Source of the DNA: Macrostomum lignano
Lineage: Eukaryota
Direction: 5' to 3'
Length of the DNA stretch: 64,000 nt
Assembly (NCBI GenBank): GCA_002269645.1
Contig: NIVC01001842.1
Coordinates: 62,001-126,000 of the forward strand
Position 1 is the stretch's first letter, and every line of letters starts with the position of its first letter. The translations under genes and the position numbers were made by a program. Shown here piece by piece: positions 32,318-43,800 of the stretch. The notes under the pieces are model-generated. The model searched no databases, was not told the DNA's origin, and saw only the letters and a list, made by a program, of their open reading frames with translations.

Positions 32318-32379
32318 TTTAGGGTTAGGTTAGGGTTAGGGTTAGGGTTAGGGTTAGGGTTAGGCTAGGGTTAGGGTTA
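32318..32379. repeat. Interstitial telomere-like (TTAGGG)n tract inside the Helitron 3' module
   Basis: About 10 TTAGGG/variant units; similar tracts at 2285-2322, 31890-31935, 39145-39205. Confidence 0.85.
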
Positions 32380-33240
32380 GAAGGTTGACAGATATTTTTA
32401 GATTTCCAAGGCTTATTTGGGGCATTGCTGAGATGTCAAGGGGGGAAGTTGATATGTTAAAGCTTGTGGGGGGGGGAATTACTGACATGTCAAGGCTTAC
32501 AAGGTTTGACAGGAGATTTTTTAAGATTTCAAGGATACATGTAGCTTATTAAAAAAACGTGTATTGCATTTCTTTGGCTCCCCAACGGGGGGCGTAGATT
32601 GCTAGTTGTATATTAAATATATACTCGTAGATCCTATAGCTTCAACTATTCACGAGCAATGATTATTAGAACTAAAGCTAGCATCTCTATATTAGAAATT
32701 ACTGTAGTTCTTATAGAATCTGACTGACTATAGTTTAGTGCTAAGCCTGCGCTCGCAAAGTCCAGCGCAGCGTGGGTGTCGCAGGATGTTCCCGTACTGC
32801 AACCGCCTCTCGCATCACTCTTGCTGTGTTATCTTGGCTTCATCACAGCCTGCAGCCTGCCTGCGCAGCGCAAGAGAAAATCCCGATCCTGTTGTGTTGC
32901 GCAGGGCGGCTTTTGAAAGCTTTTGATCTGACTGATTGTCCACCGCGAACAAGTAGCTACTGCATTAGAGGCGCAGCAAGTTTGCATATAGTTTCGAAGT
33001 CTATCACTTTCATCACTCTCTCATTGTGGATTCTGGCTCCATGAGGGGCCGTATAATATGGGAGCACTTTTAGACTCCTTCATCTGCTAGCGGCCGACTC
33101 TATGCCCGTTGTTTATCGCTTTTTATGTCCTTTGTGTTCGCTTTCGGGTTAAAGTTGCGGACTCCGCGAAGGGACGTCTGCAGTTCGTGTCCGTTACAGG
33201 TTTTCAGAACCTGCGATTTCATAAGCTAGCTTAAGCCCGC

Positions 33241-34050
<810 letters not shown>

Positions 34051-34494
34051 CAACCATGCCCTCCTAAATTTCACGATCTCAGTTTGCTCCCTCCTAAAGC
34101 TCCAAAGTTTTACATACACAATATATTCATTTCAATTTCCTTGCCATCGCAGTCCTCATAACCATCCGGCTGATTAACATTTCCAGCTGTTTCCATCGCA
34201 ATGTTTGCCCTGCTAAAAGCAGCAGCACAGAGCAGAAGAGAAGCAGAAGTTACTCCCCAAACTTTCTACGATCAAACTGCTGTATTGCATGCATACTAGC
34301 GGCTATCAAGCCCTATCCGCAACCATCAGTTCTCCCAACAGCTCCATCATGTAAATCCACTGGCTTATACACTATACTAATTCGCTTTATCAGATAATTA
34401 ACTTCCTTACTTGCTGCATACTTGCAGGCAGCAATGATAGCCGAATTACACAGGCCTTGGTTCTTCCCGTCTTGATGCGAAGCCAATGCAGAAT

Positions 34495-34690
34495 CTGGAC
34501 AGGGAGCAGCGGACAGCAGGTCAGGACAGGACAGGACAGGGAGCAGCGGACAGCAGGTCAGGACAGGACAGGGAGCAGCAGACAGCAGGTCAGGACAGGA
34601 CAGGGAGCAGCGGACAGCAGGTCAGGACAGGACAGGGAGCAGCGGACAGCAGGTCAGGACAGGACAGGACAGGGAGCAGCGGACAGAAGG
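34495..34690. repeat. 32-37 bp minisatellite (GACAGGGAGCAGCGGACAGCAGGTCAGGACAG)
   Basis: About 5-6 units. Confidence 0.85.
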
Positions 34691-34837
34691 TTAGGACTCT
34701 GTCAGCTCCATCACAACAAAGTTTATTGCAGTTCAGAAGTCATAAAATAATCCATATAGCAAGCAAGGTGAATTGTAGAATTTCCCATATTTTCTGCATG
34801 TAGAATGAGAACTGTACACGAATTAAATAGCGGATTG

Positions 34838-37800
34838 TTACAGTTGCGTCTCTTTGTTGTAGAAAGACTGCTTCGATTGCTGCTGCTGCTGCTGCAGCTG
34901 CTGGTATTGATGAAAATCTATAACGCTAGACGAATGATTGAAAATCTTTTTTGAGACCTCTTCATTGTCGACTTCTGCTTTCACCGAGTTCAAGCTTCTG
35001 TCGAGCCCGTGCCGAAGTCTGGGCTGCCAGTAGCGGTTCGGGTCGCGGTTTGAGAACAACTTTTGTCTTCCTGAGCTGCCAAGCCGCTGCTGCCTGAACG
35101 GTTGGTTGTCCGCTTTCTGTGGTTTTTGCCTTTCTCGCTGCCTGCAAAGATGGTTGGAGCTGAAGTAAGAGTTCTGAATGATGCTGGGGGATGCTGAACG
35201 CTTGAGGGATCATGATGGGTGATGCTGGATGACACTGAAGGATGTTGGATGATGTCGGATGACACTGAAGTATTCTGGATGATGCTGGATGACACTGAAG
35301 GATTCTGGATGATGCTGGATGACACTGAAGGATGTTGGATGATGTCGGATGACACTGAAGGATGTTGGATGATGTCGGATGACACTGAAGGATGTTGGAT
35401 GATGTCGGATGACACTGAAGGATGTTGGATGATGTCGGATGACACTGAAGGATGCTGGATGATGCTGGATGACACTGAAGGATTCTGGATGATGCTGGAT
35501 GACACTGAAGGATGCTAATTGATGTCGGATGACACGGAAGGATGCTGGATGATGCTGGATGACACTGAAGGATTCTGGATGATGCTGGATGGCACTGAAG
35601 GATGCTGGATGATGCTGGATGACACTGAAGGATTCTGGATGATGCTGGATGACACTGAAGGATGCTAATTGATGTCGGATGACACGGAAGGATGCTGGAT
35701 GATGCTGGATGACACTGAAGGATTCTGGATGATGCTGGATGACACTGAAGGATGCTGGATGACACTGAAGGATGCTGGATGACACTGAAGGATGCTGGAT
35801 GATGTCGGATGACACTGAAGGATGCTGGATGATGTCGGATGACACTGAAGGATGCTGGATGATGCTGGATGATGCTGGATGATGCTGGATGATGCTGGAT
35901 GATGCTGGATGATGCTGGATGATGCTGGATGATGCTGGATGATGCTGGATGATCTGGATGACACTAAAGGATGCTGGATGATGCTGGATGACACTGAAGG
36001 TTGCTGATGTTCCTGGATGACACTGAAGGATGCTGGATGTTGTTGAAGGATGCTGGATGACACTGAAAGATTCTGGATGATGGTGGATGAAACTGAAGGT
36101 TGCTAGATGTTCCTGGATGACACTGAAGGATTTTGGATGATGCTGGATGACATTGAAGGATGCTGGATGATGCTGGATGACACTGAAGGATGCTGGATGA
36201 CACTGAAGGATGCTGGATGACACTGAAGGATGCTGGATGACACTGAAGGATGCTGGATGATGGTGGATGAAACTGAAGGTTGCTAGATGTTCCTGGATGA
36301 CACTGAAGGATTTTGGATGATGCTGGATGACACTGAAGGATGCTGGATGATGTTGAAGGATGCTGGATGACACTGAAGGAGTCTAGATGATGCTGGATGA
36401 CACTGAAGAATGCTGGATGATGCTGGATGACACTGAAGGATTCTGGATGATGCTGGATGACACTGAAGGATGCTGGATGATGTTGAAGGATGCTGGAAGA
36501 CACTGAAGGATGCTGGATGATGGTGGATGAAACTGAAGGTTGCTAGATGTTCCTGGATGACACTGAAGGATTTTGGATGATGCTGGATGACATTGAAGGA
36601 TGCTGGATGATGTTGAAGGATGCTGGATGACACTGAAGGAGTATAGATGATGCTGGATGACACATAAGGATTCTGGATGATGCTGGATGACACTGAAGGA
36701 TTCTGGATGATGCTGGATGACACTGAAGGATGCTGGATGACACTGAAGGATGCTGGATGACACTGAAGGATGCTGGATGACACTGAAGGATGCTGGATGA
36801 TGGTGGATGAAACTGAAGGTTGCTAGATGTTCCTGGATGACACTGAAGGATTTTGGATGATGCTGGATGACATTGAAGGATGCTGGATAATGTTGAAGGA
36901 TGCTGGATGACACTGAAGGAGTATAGATGATGCTGGATGACACATAAGGATTCTGGATGATGCTGGATGACACTGAAGGATTCTGGATGATGCTGGATGA
37001 CACTGAAGGATGCTGGATGATGTTGAAGGATGCTGGAAGACACTGAAGGATGCTGGATGATGGTGGATGAAACTGAAGGTTGCTAGATGTTCCTGGATGA
37101 CACTGAAGGATTTTGGATGATGCTGGATGACATTGAAGGATGCTGGATGATGTTGAAGGATGCTGGATGACACTGAAGGAGTCTAGATGATGCTGGATGA
37201 CACATAAGGATTCTGGATGATGCTGGATGACACTGAAGGATGCTGGATGATGCTGGATGACACTGAAGGATGCTGGATGATGCTGGATGACACTGAAGGA
37301 TGCTGGATAATGCTGATTGAAGCTGGTTAATTGGTGGATGTCGAAAAATTCTGAATAATGCTTTTAAAACAATAAGAAGATTATATAAATGAATCAGCAA
37401 TTAGATTGAAAGTACTGAGAAAAAATTTCCCATCGAAACGAACCTCTTCGAAAGTCGATTTTGCTGACTTTTCTGATTCAACTCCGGCTTCTCCTCAGCC
37501 CACAGCAGAGCGCGGGTGCCCAGCGCCAAAGCGAGGCGTCGTATCAACAGCCGAACATAGTAGGAGGCCACTATCAGGGAGATTTCCCCGAACTCGCACA
37601 GTGTTACCACGGAGACGCCGATCCATAGGCCTGAGTTAGTTCAAGTGCTACTTTAAGCAAAGCAAATTACAATTGACACTTTCGTTAAAAGGCTCCCTGC
37701 ACCCACCTCACGCCTCACCCCAGTATTCCTACCCCCCATGCACCCACCTCACACCTCACCCCAGTATTCCTACCCCTTCATGCACCCACCTCACACCTCA

Positions 37801-40800
37801 CCCCAGTATTCCCACCCCTCCATGCACCCACCTCACGCCTCACCCCATTTCTACCCCTCCTTACACGCACCTTGCGCTGTACGCCTGCAATTCCTGTTCT
37901 GATTTGACCACCTCAAATAGAGCAGTTACTCACCCATAATGCCACCCAAATCGGAGAACAGGTTCACCAGCTCATAACTTCGTTCCTCGTACAGCTGTCT
38001 CACTGTTAGGGTCTTTGGATACACTCTGAGCTGCAGGAAGCTCTGCCTGATAATGCTGTGCACCTGTTGGCAATGCTCGTCACTATCGAACCTATCCAGG
38101 CTCTTATTCAGCCTATCATCCAGACACTCGCTCAGGTTAACACCGTGATACGCAATCGAGTGATTCAATGCATGGTTAGTGTCGAATGCAGGATTAACAG
38201 CTCGCAGTCTGAGCAGATTAGTGTCAATCTCTTTAATCCGCGACTTCAGCATAGCGGCAATCCTGGCCAGTCGGATTCGAGCGCCGCGAATTTGGAAATT
38301 TGGATCCGGCCAACGGCTCTGAAATACGGAGAAGTCGTAGGTGGTGTAGTTGCAGATGTTCAGGCAGCTGGACGGCTTCCTGCCGGTGCGCAGGTGCGGC
38401 AGCGCGCACTTCAGTCGGTTTAAACGCCGACCGATGACAGGAAATTTGGAGCTCAGCAGCTCAGCCACTCTGAGCCGATCTGTATAAGCCAGCCGACTGA
38501 AAGTTCTCAACGAGAGTCTGCCTGACTTCTCAATCAAGCTCATATTGCTAACTAATAAGTCGCGCTGAAAAAATTGGTTAATCTCAGACAATAGTTTTGG
38601 CAGTTGCTTGGTGTCCTGAGCGCCCAGGAGGTCGTGACAGTAGTCTTCGTCTGGCCTCCGACCCGAGTGCGTTTTTACAAGGCCTTCAATAGTGCAGCCG
38701 CACTTCTCCTGAACACTTTTCAGATGCTCGAATGTTGTGCAGTCCGCCAGCTGCCGGTCGTAGACTTGGACAGTGCTGCAAACGAGGGTTGAGTAGGGTA
38801 GAGTAGATTAGAGAAGATTAGAGTAGACTAGCAATCTACGCCCCCCGTTGGGGAGCCAAAGAAATGCAATACACGTTTTTTTAATAAGCTACATGTAGCC
38901 TTGAAATCTTAAAAAATCTCCTGTCAAACTTCTAACCGTAACCATAACCCCAAATTTAATATTTTTTCCATGAGTTTTTGCATGATGCTTCTATGATTTT
39001 TTCATGACGCTTCCATTATTTTTTGCATGACGCTTCCATGATTTTTTCACATGACGCTTCCATGATTTTTCACATGTTGCTTCCATTATTTTTGCAAGCT
39101 TCTATGATAAACATCTTTAAGCTACATGAGCTAAGTTATAAGCTACCCTAACCCTAGCCCTAACCCAACTCTTAATGCTGTAACCCTGACCCTAACCCTG
39201 AACCTGAATCTATAGAGTAGATTCGAGTAGATTAGATTAGAGTAGATTAGAGTAGATTAGAGTAGATTAGAGTAGAGTAGATTAGAGTAGATTAGATTAG
39301 AGTAGAGTAGATTAGAGTAGAGTAGATTAGAGTAGAGTAAATTAGAGTAGATTAGATTAGAGTAGAGTAGATTAGAGTAGAGTAGATTAGAGTAGAGTAG
39401 ATTAGAGTAGAGTAGATTAGAGTAGAGTAGATTAGAGTAGAGTAGATTAGAGTAGAGTAGAGTGGATTTAAGTTCCGTAAAGTAACTTGCATAGAAGTCG
39501 ATGGACATTCCAAACATACATGTAACTGGAGCCCTCACTGAAAACTATTGCTAATAAAAATCGAACACTACACATCCTTACGAGCGTACAAAGTGTGCTT
39601 AATCGAAATTCATTCAACAGTGAAATCAAGTCAATTAGTTTTAAACCTCAAGATCTCCGCATTTAAAAAAGATACAAATTCTCTTTTACGAACTTAATTT
39701 GCATCATGAAAAATTATAAATTCAAAGTGCAGTGAAAGCAGACAAGAAGTGCAGTAGTGAGGAGAGAGATGGAGAGAGAAAGAGAGGAGGAGAGAGAGGG
39801 TGAGGGTGAGAAGGAGAGAGGGTGAGAAGGAGAGAGGGTGAGAGGGAGAGAGGGGGAGAGGGTGAGAGGGAGAGAGGGGGAGAGGGTGAGAGGGAGAGAG
39901 GGGAGAGGGAGAGAGGGAGAGAGGGGGAGAGAGAGGGAGAGAGGGAGAGAGGGGGAGAGGGTGAGAGGGAGAGAGGGGGAGAGGGAGAGAGGGAGAGAGG
40001 GGAGAGAGGGAGAGAGGGAGAGAGGGGAGAGAGGGTGAGAGGGAGAGAGGGGAGAGGGAGAGAGGGAGAGGGGGAGAGGGAGAGAGGAGGAGAGAGAGGG
40101 TGAGGGTGAGAAGGAGAGAGGGTGAGAGGGAGAGAGGGGGAGAGGGAGAGAGGGAGAGAGGGGGAGAGGGAGAGAGGGAGAGAGGGGGAGAGGGAGAGAG
40201 GGAGAGAGAGGGAGAGAGGGAGAGAGGGGGAGAGGGTGAGAGGGAGAGAGGGGAGAGGGAGAGAGGGAGAGAGGGGGAGAGGGAGAGAGGGAGAGAGGGG
40301 GAGAGGGAGAGAGGGAGAGAGGGAGAGAGAGAGGGAGAGAGGAGGGCACCTCCAATCTCAGGCACTGACACGGTAACGGTAGAGAGGACTGAACAAAGTC
40401 AGTTTAATTGAATTGCCGATATTTCGAAATTATTATATTTCTTCGTCAGGGCAAGTGAAGGGAGAGAGGGGGAGAGGAAGAGAGGGGGAGAGGGAGAGAG
40501 GGAGAGAGGGGGAGAGGCAGAGAGATGGGTTTTGGCAGCGACCGCACGCGGAACTCGTCAGCTGTACATGCTGACCGTGTTCTCGGTGTACATGTACACT
40601 CAACAGGAGCCAACCGGGCACTCACTCCAGCAGATGATCGAACGCTTGAAAATTGGTCCTCGCTTCGCAACGTTTCGTTGGAGTATCGGCCAAGTTGGTC
40701 TGAACTTGGCTGAGTGCCAACACCGTCTGCATGCCGCTGGGCGAGTTGATGCCGTACTCGCCAGGATAGGGGATCGTGTCCTGTCAACAGAAATCAATGG

Positions 40801-43800
40801 ATTGCCTGTAAGCAGTGCCAGGCATTATCCTGGTGCACTTTGAGCGACATTGTCACACGACCGGCGAGAGGCATTGCTGCCCATTCCGCCGACTCCCCTG
40901 AGCAGGCATACAAGCGCGCGGATACGTACGCAGTCATACGCACAGGCACACACTCACACAGGAGTGTACAGCGGCCCTAACTTTATTTATCGTTAGGCAT
41001 GTACACTTCACTGTGCCTTGGGGTTGGTCCTCAATGCCGCTAATTGCAGGAGCAGAGCCCAGCCAAGATTCCAATTCAGCCCTAAATTAATGTGACTGCA
41101 CTTGGAATCGAGCCTGGGCCGCTGGCACATCAGAGCGCCGCGCCAGACCACTGGGCTACGGCAGCGGGCTCATAGTAGCCTCTGATTGGTTGGTTTTTAA
41201 GTCACGTGACCTACAGGTCTGAAAATAAATAGCAAGCAACGTTTACTTTGTTTGTTTTGTAGGTAATCCTACTATGCGTAATCCCAGGTCTTGATCTGAA
41301 CAAAATATAGCAAATCTTTTATGGAAATTCAGATTCCTGGCTTAAGCTCCCATTGACACCATAATTTGCATCGCTAAATTAGCACTCGAAGATTTCTCCT
41401 GCCCGTGTCTGAAACCTTCAGCTAGAAGTTGGCGCAAATGAATATTCAACAGATTCTGGCTGTCATTGTTGCCGATAAATCTCGGCTGTTGTGATTTAAT
41501 TAAATGAACTGCATTGTAAAGAGCAAACACCTACATGGGATGAGATTGATGCCTTGGTATCTGTGATTTTTCGGATTCACGATAGGGTTTCCAGTTTTTG
41601 TAATGGGATGCCAGTTTGTGTAATGGGTTGTTAGTTTGTGTAATGGGATGCCAGTTTATGTAATGGATTGTTAGTTAGTGTAATGAGTCGCCAGTTTGTG
41701 TAATGGGTTGCCAGTTTGTGTAATGGGTTGTTAGTTTGTGTAATGGGTTGCCAGTTTGTGTAATGAGTTGCCAGTTTGTGTAATGGGATGCCAGTTTGTG
41801 TAATGGGTTGCCAGTTTATATAATGAGTTGCTAGTTTGTGTAATGGGTTGCCAGTTTGTGTAATGAGTTGCCAGTTTGTGTAATGGGTTGCCAGTTTGTG
41901 TAATGGGTTGCCAGTTTGTGTAATGAGTCGCCAGTTTGTGTAATGGGCGCCACATTGAGTGTGAGAGGCGCCATTTTGAGTGTGAGAGGCGCCACTTTGA
42001 GTGTGAGAGGCGCCATTTAGAGTGCGAGAGGCGCCACTTTCAGAGTGTGCAGGGAGGAGTCCTTTACACACCGGAAACGAGACAGCAACCAGAAATCATC
42101 ATATAAACTGCAATGTGCTTTCTAACAGGCATACCAGCTAAAAATGAGCTCAAAGTTAAACTGAGTTCGCGGCCTTCATCCCAGGCCTCAGCATCATTTG
42201 AATACATCAGCGCATAATTTGACTCAAAAAACATCTCCAGTAGCAAGCAGGAACAGCCGTAAGTCATTTCTGCCACATCTTCCGGGCGGCGAAGAGGTTG
42301 CAAAAAAATTAATGAACTTTCCTAGTGACCCGCATTTCTGCCTTAATGGCTCCTACGCACCGGGTCTGCAGTCCCCTGAGGCCGGCTTGAACTCTCTCGA
42401 AAAATTTGGCTCATTTGGTAGTGAATTTTATGAATTTATTCTCATTTTTACTTCTGGAGAAATTAGACAGAAAAAGGAACTCCTACGTAGGAGGAATATC
42501 CGGAACTGAAATACCCGGAACTGAAATACCCGGAACTGAAATACCCGGAACTGAAATACCCGGAACTGAAATACCCGGAACTGAAATACCCGGAACTGAA
42601 ATACCCGGAACTGAAATACCCGGAACTGAAATACCCGGAACTGAAATACCCGGAACTGAAATACCCGGAACTGAAATACCCGGAACTGAAATACCCGGAA
42701 CTGAAATACCCGGAACTGAAATACCCGGAACTGAAATACCCGGAACTGAAATACCCGGAACTGAAATACCCGGAACTGAAATACCCGGAACTGAAATACC
42801 CGGAACTGAAATACCCGGAACTGAAATACCCGGAACTGAAATACCCGGAACTGAAATACCCGGAACTGAAATACCCGGAACTGAAATACCCGGAACTGAA
42901 ATACCCGGAACTGAAATACCCGGAACTGAAATACCCGGAACTGAAATACCCGGAACTGAAATACCCGGAACTGAAATACCCGGAACTGGACCAGACACCA
43001 GAGTGTGCAACTTCAACATTTGTCTTGATTCGTATAAAGGTATGAATGCATAAAAACAGCCTACGATTGTATAGTTATCGGGAAGAAATATTGCAAGCGG
43101 CAGAAAGATTACACACAGCATGAAGTGTAGGATGCTACACAATAATTTTGTTACACTGCGTGCCCTTTTCTGTTTAGCTAAAGATAGAAACAGAAAAAAG
43201 CCAACAATATGGCTTGCCGCACACACACACACTGATTATGGCACTTTGTCATTGCCGAATTGTCTGACTGATTTCTCTTTTCTTTTACGAGTACAAGCAG
43301 ACCGTCTGTAAAAAATTGACTGACTTTGCAGGATCTAAATTGACTGCGTGACGGTGGCCGTCTGTGCCATGTTAATTAATTCAGTAACACAATCAGGTAA
43401 TGTAGGGATCTAAAGACAGGTAGGTTTCCGCCCTAAAAGACAGGTAGGTTTCCGCCCTAAAAGACAGGTAGGTTTCCGCCCTAAGAACAGGTAAGTTTCC
43501 ACTCTAAAAGACAGGTAGGTTGTCGCCCTAAAGACAGTAGGTTGTCGCCATAAAGACAGGTAGGTTGCCGCTCTAAAACAGGTAGGTTGCCGCTCTAAGG
43601 ACAGGTAGGTTGCCGCTCTAAAGACAGGTAAGTTTCTGCCCTAAAGACAGGTAAGTTTCCGTCCTAGACAGGTAAGTTGACAGGTAAGTTTCCGTCCTAA
43701 AGACAGGTAGGTTGTCGCCCTAAAGACAGGTAAGTTTCCGCCCTAAAGACAGGTAAGTTTCCACCCTAAAGACAGGTAAGTTTCCGCCGTAAAGACAGGT

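Larger units (their letters stand above)
19769..32605 (+). mobile_element. Autonomous Helitron, probable full extent ~12.8 kb including satellite cargo (5' end tentative)
   Basis: RepHel gene inside; 3' terminus GCTCCC-AACG-GGGGGC hairpin, 8 nt, CTAG (32602-32605) followed by T; sequence blocks upstream of RepHel (20500-21030) recur downstream (28190-28830); 5' A|TC at 19768/19769 is only a candidate. Confidence 0.6.

Noticed and set aside
32318-32379. (TTAGGG)n as a true telomere or fusion scar
   Set aside because: Short, degenerate and embedded in transposon termini; similar tracts recur in other small elements
42064-42420. ORF 42064-42303 as an extra channel exon or a transposase fragment
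   Set aside because: The channel model is complete and in phase without it, and no motif was recognised
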